Assembly: GCA_902551695.1 (NCBI GenBank)
Contig: CACDEI010000005.1
Span: 1 to 54,842 of the forward strand
Source of the DNA: an uncultured Pseudomonadota bacterium
GTDB taxonomy: Bacteria > Pseudomonadota > Gammaproteobacteria > Ga0077536
Length of the DNA stretch: 54,842 nucleotides
Direction: 5' to 3'
Below, piece by piece: positions 21,638-31,200 of this stretch. Under the pieces are notes generated by a model. The model was given only the letters and a program-made list of their open reading frames with translations, had not been told where the DNA came from and ran no database searches. Numbering within the stretch: position 1 is the stretch's first letter; every line of letters begins with the position of its first letter. A program made the position numbers and the translations under genes.

Positions 21638-22417
21638 TTAAAGTTCAGTCATTCCAGTGATATTGTAACCGCAATCTACATAAGTAATTTCTCCGGTAAT
21701 ACCTGAGGCTAAATCGGAACATAAAAAGGAAGCAGCGTTACCAACTTCTTCAATAGTAACGTTCCTTCTTAGGGGTGATGTTTTCTCTACATATTCTAAA
21801 AAACGCCGCAGATCTTTCACACCAGACGCAGCGAGTGTCCTGATGGGCCCAGCGGAAATCGCGTTCACCCGAATATTATCTGGACCTAATTGATTAGCGA
21901 TGTACCTTACATTAGCCTCTAAGCTAGCTTTCGCAGGGCCCATTATGTTGTAACTAGGCATGGCTTTCATCGCCCCGATGTACGATAAAGTGAGCATAGA
22001 CCCTTTCTCATTTATCAGCCTTCTGGCAGATTTAGCCAGGGCTGCGAAGCTGTATGCGCTTGTCTCATGAGCTATTCGGAAGCCTTCTCTGTCTAAGTTG
22101 TCTAGGTATCCCCCTTGAAGCAATTCTCGAGGTGCGTATGCAATAGAATGGACAAGAATATCAAAATGACCCCATTTATTTTCCAAAGTGGAAAATGTGT
22201 CTCCGATGCTGTCATCGTGGTCAACGTCGCACTCTAGCGCGAAAGTTGCGGACAGTTCTTCTGCAAAACCTTCTACGCGGCCTTTAAAACGTTCTGTTTG
22301 ATAGGTTAGTCCAATTTCTGCCCCCTCTCTTTTCATGGCTTGTGCAATACCCCAAGCTATCGACTTTTTGCTCGCAATTCCTAATATCAATGCCTTTTTC
22401 CCTTCGAGTATACCCAT
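21638..22417 (-). CDS. fabI: Enoyl-ACP reductase
   Basis: SIAWGIA, LVHSIAYAP, YNIMGPAKASLE, RVNAISAGPIRTLA. Confidence 0.96.
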   Translation of the reverse strand: MGILEGKKALILGIASKKSIAWGIAQAMKREGAEIGLTYQTERFKGRVEGFAEELSATFALECDVDHDDSIGDTFSTLENKWGHFDILVHSIAYAPRELLQGGYLDNLDREGFRIAHETSAYSFAALAKSARRLINEKGSMLTLSYIGAMKAMPSYNIMGPAKASLEANVRYIANQLGPDNIRVNAISAGPIRTLAASGVKDLRRFLEYVEKTSPLRRNVTIEEVGNAASFLCSDLASGITGEITYVDCGYNITGMTEL

Positions 22418-22531
22418 CGCTATTTACAACCTGTAAGTTAAAAAAATTAGTTTTCCTGCCTTGGTTAAGTGTAACCTTTTAAAGTAAAGTTTATAATTAC
22501 AATATTAAGAAAATTTCTTTAGGAATCGTAA

Positions 22532-24655
22532 TTGAAAAACTTTTGTTTTGCTTTTTGTATAACATTATTTGTTATTACGACAGTGGGTTGTTCCTCCCCC
22601 TGGAATGACCCTCACTCAAAAGAGGGCGAGGAGAAAATGACATTTCATAGCTCTTTCTCCGAGAGACCTAAACATCTCGATCCTGTGTCATCTTACAGCG
22701 AAAACGAAGCTAGGTTCAACGCACAAATTTATGAGCCTGTGGTTCAATATCACTATACAAAAACCCCCTATCAGCTTGTTCCTCTGACTGGGACAGAACT
22801 TCCCTCGGCGAGCTACTTCGATGAGAATGGAAAAAAATTGGGAAGATCTGCTGATTCAAGCGAGGTAGCCTTTACTGTCTACGAGATAGAAATTAGAAAG
22901 GGCATATTGTTCCAGCCTCATCCATCGTTTGCAAAGAATGGCTCTGGAGAATTTATCTATCAAAACCTTAGCGAGGCTGATCTTGAAAAAATTAATAAAA
23001 TAGGCGATTTCGTTAACACTGGCTCAAGAGAACTGGTAGCTGAGGACTATGTATACCAGATTAAGCGTCTGGTGCATCCAAAGTTACACTCTCCCGTAGC
23101 AGGGTTCATGGGTAAGCACATAATAGGCTTGTCGAAGTTAGCTGACGCGCTTCGGGTTGCTGATAGTGAAGGTAAACTCATAGATTTAAGAGAATTTGAG
23201 TTTGAAGGTGCTAAGGCAACAGGGAGATATAAATTCGAGATAAAAATTAAAGGAAAATATCCGCAATTCAAATATTGGTTAGCTATGTCATTCTTTGCGC
23301 CAGTTCCTTGGGAGGCAGAACAATTCTATTCCCAAAAAGGGATGAAAGAGAGGAATCTAACTTTTGATTGGTATCCGGTTGGAACGGGCCCGTTCATGCT
23401 CACTGAAAATAATCCTAATCGTCGGATAGTTTTAAAACGCAACCCTAACTACAGGATAGAATATCATCCTGCCGATTTAGAGAAAGAAAAAGCAAGGAGA
23501 CTGCCGCTTGTTAAAAAGGCACTTTTTAGTTTGGAAAAAGAGTCTATTCCGGAGTGGACAAAATTTTTACAAGGTTATTATGATACTTCGGGTGTTTTGT
23601 CAGACAGCTTCGATCAGGTGATCACATTTAATAGTCGTGGAGATTTTCGGCTTGCCCAAGAGATGGTAAACAAGGGAATCAGACTGGAAAAGGCTGTCAA
23701 ACCTTCTAGCTCTTACATGGGTTTTAACATGACGGATCCAGTTGTGGGTGGTTATTCGAGGCGTGCAAAACTACTTCGACAGGCTATCTCCATAGCTGTT
23801 GATTATGAAGAGTTATTATCAATCTTTGCAAATGGTCGGGGATTGGCTGCACAAGGGCCGATACCGCCTGGAATATTCGGTTACGTGGCAGGGGAAGAAG
23901 GTGTTAACAAAAATGTCTACGATTGGATAGAGGGAGAAGCTAAGAGAAAGTCGGAAGAAGTAGCTCGCTCACTTTTGGCGGAGGCCGGTTATCCAGACGG
24001 ACGTGAGTTGGGAAAAGATGGCCCTTTGACTTTATATTATGATACGGTATCTAGCGGAGCTGGCAGCAAGGCTATCTTAAACTGGTATCGTAAACAGTTT
24101 AAAAAATTAGGGATCGAGTTGGTAGTGAGGGCTACGGACTACAATCGGTTCCAGGAAAAAATAAGAAAGGGGACAGCCCAAATATTTAGCTGGGGATGGA
24201 ACGCGGATTACCCCGATCCGGAAAATTTTTTGTTTCTACTTTATGGGCCGAATTCTAAAATTGTCTCGCAAGGTGAAAATGCGGTCAATTATCAAAATGA
24301 CGAATACGATCGCTTGTTTGCTTTAATGCGAGTATCCCCAAACGGACCTGCCCGCCAGAGACTAATCAACCGAATGGTAGAAATTCTGAGGGAGGATGCC
24401 CCATGGCTATGGGGTTTTCATCCAACAGCTTTTGTTTTATCGCATGGGTGGGTGAGCGATGCTAAGCCTAATTTGATGGCTAGAAACACGCTAAAGTACA
24501 GAGGCATAGATACAAAAAGTAGGGCCGAAATGCGTAAGAAATGGAACAAACCCGTGATTTGGCCTGTCGTGATAATCCTCTCCCTCCTAGTTATTTTTGC
24601 TATACCAGCTGTTTTTGTCTATCGGCAGCATCAAGGAGCGCGGATCAAGTGCTGA
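22532..24655 (+). CDS. Peptide ABC transporter substrate-binding protein (family 5), lipoprotein with C-terminal TM helix
   Basis: Lipobox-like TVGC; KHLDP, PVGTGPF, LRQAIS.AVD, WNADYPDPENF; hydrophobic C-terminal segment. Confidence 0.9.
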   Translation: MKNFCFAFCITLFVITTVGCSSPWNDPHSKEGEEKMTFHSSFSERPKHLDPVSSYSENEARFNAQIYEPVVQYHYTKTPYQLVPLTGTELPSASYFDENGKKLGRSADSSEVAFTVYEIEIRKGILFQPHPSFAKNGSGEFIYQNLSEADLEKINKIGDFVNTGSRELVAEDYVYQIKRLVHPKLHSPVAGFMGKHIIGLSKLADALRVADSEGKLIDLREFEFEGAKATGRYKFEIKIKGKYPQFKYWLAMSFFAPVPWEAEQFYSQKGMKERNLTFDWYPVGTGPFMLTENNPNRRIVLKRNPNYRIEYHPADLEKEKARRLPLVKKALFSLEKESIPEWTKFLQGYYDTSGVLSDSFDQVITFNSRGDFRLAQEMVNKGIRLEKAVKPSSSYMGFNMTDPVVGGYSRRAKLLRQAISIAVDYEELLSIFANGRGLAAQGPIPPGIFGYVAGEEGVNKNVYDWIEGEAKRKSEEVARSLLAEAGYPDGRELGKDGPLTLYYDTVSSGAGSKAILNWYRKQFKKLGIELVVRATDYNRFQEKIRKGTAQIFSWGWNADYPDPENFLFLLYGPNSKIVSQGENAVNYQNDEYDRLFALMRVSPNGPARQRLINRMVEILREDAPWLWGFHPTAFVLSHGWVSDAKPNLMARNTLKYRGIDTKSRAEMRKKWNKPVIWPVVIILSLLVIFAIPAVFVYRQHQGARIKC

Positions 24656-25626
24656 TCTATATCTTAAGACGTTTCCTTTACGCTATTCCTATTTTGCTAA
24701 CTGTGAACGTGCTTACTTTTATATTGTTTTTTGTCGTCAATTCACCAGACGATATGGCTAGACTACACCTGGGTCAAAAGCATGTTACTCAGGAGTCTAT
24801 CGAAAAATGGAAGGCAAGCAGAGGATATGATAAGCCATTGCTATGGAACATCGACGAAGATGGGCTTACAAAAGTAAAGAAGACAATTTTTTATGATCAC
24901 ACTGTGAAACTATTTTTCTTTGAATTTGGTCAATCTGACAGTGGCCGAGATATAGGGTTCGATATCACTCAAAGAATGTGGCCTAGTTTGGCAATTGCTG
25001 TGCCAGTGCTATTAATTGGTTTAATGGTGACTCTAACTTTAGCATTAATAATTTCTTTTTTTCGAGCTACTTATATCGATACCTTTGGAGTTGTAATCTG
25101 TGTTGTTATGATGTCTGTTTCAGGTTTGTTTTACATTATAGGCGGGCAATATTTAGCAGGAAAGCTATTAAGACTAGTGCCTATCTCAGGGTATGAAGAA
25201 GGCCTGATATCTATAAAGTTTGTTATTTTGCCCGTGATTATTGGAGTATTGTCGGGTCTAGGGGCTAGTACTAGATGGTATAGAACTATTTTTTTAGAGG
25301 AAATTAATAAAGACTATGTGCGGACTGCTCGGGCGAAGGGCCTCTCAGATGCGATGGTAATGTATTCTCACGTCCTGCGTAATGCCCTCATACCAATACT
25401 TACCGGTGTGGTCGTGGTATTGCCTTCCCTTTTCCTAGGTAGTTTGATTACAGAGGCATTCTTTGGAATACCGGGATTAGGAAGTTACACTATAGAAGCC
25501 ATTCAGTCACAAGATTTTGCGATTGTGAGGTCAATGGTTTTCTTGGGCTCAGTTTTATATATTCTGGGTCTAATATTGACAGATATTTCCTACACCATTG
25601 CAGATCCTCGAGTGCGGCTAGACTAA
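24649..25626 (+). CDS. Peptide ABC transporter permease (OppB/DppB-like)
   Basis: GTG start at 24649 (MLIYILRR) overlapping the SBP stop; DYVRTARAKGL EAA loop, HVLRNALIP. Confidence 0.92.
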   Translation: MLIYILRRFLYAIPILLTVNVLTFILFFVVNSPDDMARLHLGQKHVTQESIEKWKASRGYDKPLLWNIDEDGLTKVKKTIFYDHTVKLFFFEFGQSDSGRDIGFDITQRMWPSLAIAVPVLLIGLMVTLTLALIISFFRATYIDTFGVVICVVMMSVSGLFYIIGGQYLAGKLLRLVPISGYEEGLISIKFVILPVIIGVLSGLGASTRWYRTIFLEEINKDYVRTARAKGLSDAMVMYSHVLRNALIPILTGVVVVLPSLFLGSLITEAFFGIPGLGSYTIEAIQSQDFAIVRSMVFLGSVLYILGLILTDISYTIADPRVRLD

Positions 25627-25647
25627 TATCCGAAAAGGAAGATTGGA

Positions 25648-27027
25648 ATGGACCTCATTATTTTAAAGACAGATTTTCTATTCTTATTAGTCTTGGCAGG
25701 CGTAGTAGGATATGTGTTCATTGTTTTGAGGGACGATAACCTCTCAAGAACTTGGAAGAAAGTGTTTCAAAGACCTCTAGCTGCCTCAGCTGCTTTAATA
25801 TTCACTTTTTATATTTTGATTGCAGCACTAGATTCGATCCATTTTAAGCTGACAGCACAAGATAGGGTTGGTTCTGGAGAGATCCTCAGCGTGTTAGACA
25901 TTGTTCTGTGGGATGTTAAGGTAAATGTCGAGAAAACCTATTCCGCCCCGCTTGCTTATCGGAGTTTTTCTAAAGAAAGTTTACAGCTTGAAAATGGGAA
26001 AATCGTGAGGGATTACCCTAGGTTGTTTTACGGTGGGGCTCATCTCATTGACCCAGAAAAAAATCATCATTCTGATCTTAGTAGGCTAATAGCGATGGGT
26101 TTAATATCGGGGGTTGCTCTTTGGTTGGGGGCGGTAGGGATTCTTGTCATTTTACTAAAGTCCTCAGGGAGGGGTAATGTTGCTAGGGTTATCATATATG
26201 GAGAAAGTATTTATCCCTTTAGGGCTATATTGTTAACTCTTGCATTGGTTTTTCTATTGGTTGGCCTCTTTATCTCTCTTTCTCCTCACTATCATATTTT
26301 AGGAACAGATAAGGTAGGAAATGACGTTCTCTATCAAGGAATAAAAAGTATTAGAACAGGCGTTTTAATCGGAACCTTGACTACCATAGTGATTCTTCCA
26401 TTTGCGCTCTTTTTGGGGATTTGCGCGGGCTATTTCAGAGGTTGGGTTGACGATCTGGTACAATTTCTCTACACCACCTTATCATCGATACCGGGTGTTT
26501 TGTTGATTGCCGCCTCTGCGCTAATGCTAGAGATATACATGGCAAAGCATGCAGATACTTATTCCAGTTTGATTATTAGAGCCGACGTACGTCTTCTGGC
26601 TTTGTGTCTGATTCTTGGGGTAACTGCCTGGACTGGCTTGTGTCGTTATTTAAGAGCAGAGACTTTAAAACTGAGAGAAATGGACTTTGTAAATGCTGCC
26701 AAGGCTTTTGGAACTCCCGCAAGAACGATCCTGGCCAGGCATGTTACACCGAATGTTATGCACATTGTTATGATAGCGATAGTACTGGATTTTAGTGGGT
26801 TGGTTTTAGCCGAGGCCGCACTGACCTATATTGATATCGGTGTGGATCAGAGCACAGAATCCTGGGGTAATATGATAAACGGCGCTCGGTTAGAGCTAGC
26901 TAGGGAACCAGTGGTTTGGTGGTCTTTATTGACAGCTTTTTTGTTTATGCTGGTTCTAGTTCTAGCAGCAAATATCTTCGCGGATGCAGTTAGAGATGCT
27001 TTCGATCCACGAATCAAGGATCGGTAA
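25648..27027 (+). CDS. Peptide ABC transporter permease (OppC/DppC-like)
   Basis: HILGTDKVGND, FVNAAKAFG EAA loop, SWGNMI, DAVRDAFDPR. Confidence 0.92.
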   Translation: MDLIILKTDFLFLLVLAGVVGYVFIVLRDDNLSRTWKKVFQRPLAASAALIFTFYILIAALDSIHFKLTAQDRVGSGEILSVLDIVLWDVKVNVEKTYSAPLAYRSFSKESLQLENGKIVRDYPRLFYGGAHLIDPEKNHHSDLSRLIAMGLISGVALWLGAVGILVILLKSSGRGNVARVIIYGESIYPFRAILLTLALVFLLVGLFISLSPHYHILGTDKVGNDVLYQGIKSIRTGVLIGTLTTIVILPFALFLGICAGYFRGWVDDLVQFLYTTLSSIPGVLLIAASALMLEIYMAKHADTYSSLIIRADVRLLALCLILGVTAWTGLCRYLRAETLKLREMDFVNAAKAFGTPARTILARHVTPNVMHIVMIAIVLDFSGLVLAEAALTYIDIGVDQSTESWGNMINGARLELAREPVVWWSLLTAFLFMLVLVLAANIFADAVRDAFDPRIKDR

Positions 27028-27065
27028 ACTTCTTTTAATAACACGACAAACAATTGGAGATATAA

Positions 27066-28676
27066 TTGCTCGAAGTAAAAAATTTATCTATCGCCTTTTC
27101 AGATTCCCTGAAAAAAAGGGTGGTTAATAATTTGACTTTCTCAGTGGGCTCTGGGGAGATAGTTGCGTTGGTCGGTGAGTCAGGAAGCGGAAAATCTCTT
27201 ACTGCTTTGTCGATTCCGCGTCTCTTACCAACGGGAGCCAAGATCATTGGCGGGTCTGTTCACTTGGCGGGAGAAGATTTATTTCGACATACAAATTCTG
27301 AAATATCACGAGTGCGGGGATCGAAAATCGGAGTTATTTTTCAAGAGGCTCAGTCTTCCTTGAACCCTGTAATTTCAATAAAGAAGCAAATATCAGAAGC
27401 TTTTAGCCCGAATGTTTTGTCAACGGAAGCTGATATACGGACAAATGTGATTACGTCGCTAAAGAATGTTGGAATTAACGAAGCAGAAGTTATGTTGGAT
27501 AGATATCCTCATGAGTTCTCCGGGGGAATGAAGCAGAGGGTGATGATAGCGATTGCATTAGCAAAAAATCCTCAGTTATTAATCGCTGACGAACCCACAA
27601 CTGCCCTGGATGTGACCGTCCAAGCTCAAATCTTAAGGCTAATAAAATCCCTCCAAGAAAAAAATGATATGTCTGTTCTATTTATAACTCATGATTTAGC
27701 GGTGGCGTATCAAATTGCCGATCGAGTTCTGGTTATGCGGGAAGGTGAGATAATTGAAAGTGGAAATGTAGATATACTCCGTGAAGGGCCTAGCCATCCC
27801 TATTCAAGGAAGCTCCTTGACTCTCTACCTGGCTGGAAAAAAAGAGAGGGTGAGGCTAGAACATCGGATTCTAAAGTAAATGCAAAAGTACTTGATGTGA
27901 AAGACTTGAAGGTATGGTTTCCTATTAAAAAAGGCCTGTTCCGCAAAACTGTTGGACACATAAAAGCTGTGAACGGGGTAAGCCTAGAACTGAAGAAAGG
28001 CAAAACCCTAGCGCTGGTAGGGGAGTCGGGGTGTGGTAAAACCACTACAGGAAAAGCCATAATTCAATTGATAAAAAATACAGAAGGAAGCATTTTTTAC
28101 AAAGGAAAGAGATTAGAAGAATATAGAGGAGAAGCTGCTAAAAATTTAAGGTCAGAAATACAAATCGTTTTTCAGGATCCGTTTTCCTCAATGAACCCTA
28201 GAATGAGAATCGGGGAAATAATTAGTGAGGGTATGGAGGTGCAAAAGATCTGTGGTAGTAGGTCAGAAAGGCATCGCAGGGTTGAGGAGCTTCTTACTTT
28301 GGTTGGTCTTGAGGCGGAACATTTCTATAGGTATCCTCACGAGTTTTCAGGTGGTCAGAGGCAAAGGATTTGCATTGCTAGGGCTTTATCTGTCAATCCG
28401 AGTATTCTGGTATGTGATGAACCGACCAGCTCTTTAGACGTCTCCATACAACATCAGATTCTGTCTCTGCTCATGCAGTTACAGAAGGAGCGTGGCATGA
28501 GTTACCTATTTGTGACTCACGATATAGGAGTGGTTGCATATATGGCGGATGAGGTTGCGGTAATGAAAGACGGTGTAATTGTCGAAAGTGGGTCCGTCCA
28601 CGAGGTTTTGAAAAGCCCCAAGATGTTCTATACCAAACAGCTTCTGGACGCTGTACCGCTGATTCATTCCTCGTGA
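27066..28676 (+). CDS. Peptide ABC transporter ATP-binding protein, two fused NBDs
   Basis: GESGSGKS and GESGCGKT Walker A; two YPHEFSGG signatures; two DEPT. Confidence 0.95.
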   Translation: MLEVKNLSIAFSDSLKKRVVNNLTFSVGSGEIVALVGESGSGKSLTALSIPRLLPTGAKIIGGSVHLAGEDLFRHTNSEISRVRGSKIGVIFQEAQSSLNPVISIKKQISEAFSPNVLSTEADIRTNVITSLKNVGINEAEVMLDRYPHEFSGGMKQRVMIAIALAKNPQLLIADEPTTALDVTVQAQILRLIKSLQEKNDMSVLFITHDLAVAYQIADRVLVMREGEIIESGNVDILREGPSHPYSRKLLDSLPGWKKREGEARTSDSKVNAKVLDVKDLKVWFPIKKGLFRKTVGHIKAVNGVSLELKKGKTLALVGESGCGKTTTGKAIIQLIKNTEGSIFYKGKRLEEYRGEAAKNLRSEIQIVFQDPFSSMNPRMRIGEIISEGMEVQKICGSRSERHRRVEELLTLVGLEAEHFYRYPHEFSGGQRQRICIARALSVNPSILVCDEPTSSLDVSIQHQILSLLMQLQKERGMSYLFVTHDIGVVAYMADEVAVMKDGVIVESGSVHEVLKSPKMFYTKQLLDAVPLIHSS

Positions 28677-28700
28677 AACTAGTGCGTTAAATTTTTCATT

Positions 28701-30086
28701 TTGAGAAAAAACATTATCCGGTTAACTTTTTCTAAATTACGGCAAGATTTGACGTTACTATTTTCAGTAGGATTGCCCTTAGTATTAAATAATATCTCCA
28801 GTTTAGCAGTTAATGTGGCGGACACTTTGATGGCTTCAGCCTTGGGAACCAAGCAGTTGGCTGCGGTAGCGCTAGGTTCTGGGGTCTGGATTTCCCTTTT
28901 TTTGTTTGGGTTGGGGATTTTAATGGCGGTAGGTCCTAGCGTGGCTCAGCTTTATGGTAGGGGTGAATATGAGGAGATAAAAAACCATACCAAGCAGAGT
29001 TTTTGGTTGGCTTTAGTAATAAGCCTCTGCGTCATTCTAGTTATGCGCTCTTTTTTCCCTATTTTCGAAAGATTGAAAATTGAACCAGAGGTAGCTGATT
29101 TAGCCCAAGGTTATTTAAATGGGTTAAGCTGGGGCGTTCTGGGAGGTTTCTTCTATCACACCTTGAAGCAAATGAGTGAAGGCGTGGGTGAGACGATTCC
29201 CATTATGATAGTAATGCTGGTCGTTCTTCCGATAAATGTGTTCATCAATTTTTGTCTTATGAATGGGAAATTCGGTGTGGAGGCGATGGGTGCGGCGGGT
29301 TGTGGTGTTGGAAGCGGTCTCAGTTTATGGTTGATGTTTGTTCTACTTTTTAGCTATACAAGAATTTCTGCTCGGTTCACAAGATTTTCATTTTCGCTAA
29401 CTTACCTATCACCGGAGAGAAAGCTATTGAGTAGATTATTCAAATTAGGATTACCAATAGGATTGAATTTTTTTCTTTATTCGGCCTTATTTTCGGTTGT
29501 TGCGTTGATGATGGGGTTTTTTGGAACAGAAGTTATAGCGGCTCATCAGATCGTGTTGAATTTTTCTGGCTTGGTTTTTATGTTACCTCTTGGGCTGGGT
29601 ATGGCGCTAACTATTTGTGTAGGCCAGCGTGTGGGTCGTTCTGATCTCCATGGTGCGGTTAGGATAGGTTTCACTGGAATTTTCCTTTGTTTGTCGGTGT
29701 CGATTGTTTCCGCTTCGCTCACTTTGTGTTTTGCTGAAAGAATAATCGCCTTATATACTAAGGAACCTGAAATATCATCGGTTGCCTTATCATTACTCAA
29801 GATCGCAGTTTTTCTTCAAGTGGGGGACGCCGTGCAGACTGCGGCTGCTTTTTCCTTGAGAGGAATAAAAGACACTCGTATTCCAATGATATTAAATGGT
29901 TTTAATTATTGGGTGATTGGATTTGGTACAGCTTATCTCGTTGGGATAAGGCTAGAGGTGGGACCTGCTGGTATTTGGTTTGGGATAGCCCTCTCCCTGG
30001 TCTTGGCTGGTTTAGCACTGGTATGGAGGTTTCATATGCTTACCAAGTCGATGAGAGGCAAGCTCCTAAGGTCTCATGAGGACTAA
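28701..30086 (+). CDS. MATE family efflux transporter (NorM-like)
   Basis: VADTLMA..LG...LAAVALG, FKLGLPIG, AAHQIVLN, LRGIKDTR; about 12 TM segments. Confidence 0.9.
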   Translation: MRKNIIRLTFSKLRQDLTLLFSVGLPLVLNNISSLAVNVADTLMASALGTKQLAAVALGSGVWISLFLFGLGILMAVGPSVAQLYGRGEYEEIKNHTKQSFWLALVISLCVILVMRSFFPIFERLKIEPEVADLAQGYLNGLSWGVLGGFFYHTLKQMSEGVGETIPIMIVMLVVLPINVFINFCLMNGKFGVEAMGAAGCGVGSGLSLWLMFVLLFSYTRISARFTRFSFSLTYLSPERKLLSRLFKLGLPIGLNFFLYSALFSVVALMMGFFGTEVIAAHQIVLNFSGLVFMLPLGLGMALTICVGQRVGRSDLHGAVRIGFTGIFLCLSVSIVSASLTLCFAERIIALYTKEPEISSVALSLLKIAVFLQVGDAVQTAAAFSLRGIKDTRIPMILNGFNYWVIGFGTAYLVGIRLEVGPAGIWFGIALSLVLAGLALVWRFHMLTKSMRGKLLRSHED

Positions 30087-30487
30087 TGAGAGATTAAACT
30101 CACCTTAGAAGTGTCAAAGGCGATCATATTTTTTATCTCACTCGCTTCTGCAATAGTAGTTTCGTAGACCCAAGCTACATCCTTAATTTTCGATTGGTCC
30201 GTAAAAAGATCCAAATAGTAAGTTGAGCCTTTCAAAGGACAGAAAGTGCTTTTTTTATTTTTCTTTAGGTGGGTAGTTACCACATCTTTGAGAGGAAAAT
30301 AAATCACCGGCGGGTAAATATCTAACCCGACTTCTTTTAGTTCGATAGCGGTATGGCTTTTTGCTAAGATTTGCTCTTCTATTTTCGCTAGCCAGAACTT
30401 TGGGCTCTCTTTTATCGTCATGTAATGCCGAGGCTCAGCTTGGTTGTGGATAGCATCTGCTACTAGGGTGATTCCTTCATGCTTCAT
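30083..30487 (-). CDS. DUF427 family protein
   Basis: YPPVIYFP..DV, TFCPLKG...Y, VAWVY, IAF pattern. Confidence 0.85.
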   Translation of the reverse strand: MKHEGITLVADAIHNQAEPRHYMTIKESPKFWLAKIEEQILAKSHTAIELKEVGLDIYPPVIYFPLKDVVTTHLKKNKKSTFCPLKGSTYYLDLFTDQSKIKDVAWVYETTIAEASEIKNMIAFDTSKVSLISH

Positions 30488-30569
30488 ATATAACTATTCC
30501 TCAAACAATTTTAACACCTTCTCATATACCTTGAGGGTTCCTAAAAAATCGACTCACATGATATGGTCA

Positions 30570-31199
30570 CTACAAATTCACTGATATTGTTTGAAAGTGA
30601 CTCATGACGGTTTCTGTAGGTAAGACATCCGCATATCTTCTTCCAACATCTCGCAGGGAATCTTTGTGAGCTTGCTCTTCTTGATCTCCGCAGCATTCCT
30701 GAGGGACTATGACCCTGAATCCATAGGAGAACGCATCCACTACTGATGCCCTTACACAACCGCTCGTAGTGCAACCAGTTATAACTACGGTATCTACTCT
30801 TTGTTTTCCTAGATAAGTTAGTAAAGGGGTTTGAAAAAAAATAGAGGGAGCGCTTTTTGTGAAAATAAAATCATAGTCTTCGTTGAGAACCCTTGGATCT
30901 ATTTCAGTTGATTTATGACCTTTAAAAAAGCTACCGTCGTATAACGAAGAAACCTTCCAGTAGCCCATATCAGTTATACCGCTCCAAGCCACATTGCAGT
31001 TGGCAACGGGTATATTTTTCTCTCTCGCTAGCTCTAAAAGATTCTTAGTGCGTAATACTGCGCTGTGAATATGTTCACTTTTACCCGCGGGATAGGAAGG
31101 GTCTGTAAAACCCAATTGAAAGTCTACTACGAGAACTGCAGCCTGTTCCCCAAAACCAATCTCACCACCGCCGTAACCAGCTGTTTCGTAATTATCCAT
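30570..31199 (-). CDS. Isochorismatase-family cysteine amidase (NicF / N-carbamoylsarcosine amidase-like)
   Basis: VVDFQ (Asp), TKSAPS.FF (Lys), GCTTSGCVRAS (Cys) catalytic triad. Confidence 0.88.
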   Translation of the reverse strand: MDNYETAGYGGGEIGFGEQAAVLVVDFQLGFTDPSYPAGKSEHIHSAVLRTKNLLELAREKNIPVANCNVAWSGITDMGYWKVSSLYDGSFFKGHKSTEIDPRVLNEDYDFIFTKSAPSIFFQTPLLTYLGKQRVDTVVITGCTTSGCVRASVVDAFSYGFRVIVPQECCGDQEEQAHKDSLRDVGRRYADVLPTETVMSHFQTISVNL

Positions 31200-31200
31200 G

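Noticed and set aside
24541-24648. N-terminal extension of the permease ORF in the track
   Set aside because: It overlaps the SBP gene out of frame; family-like sequence starts at GTG 24649
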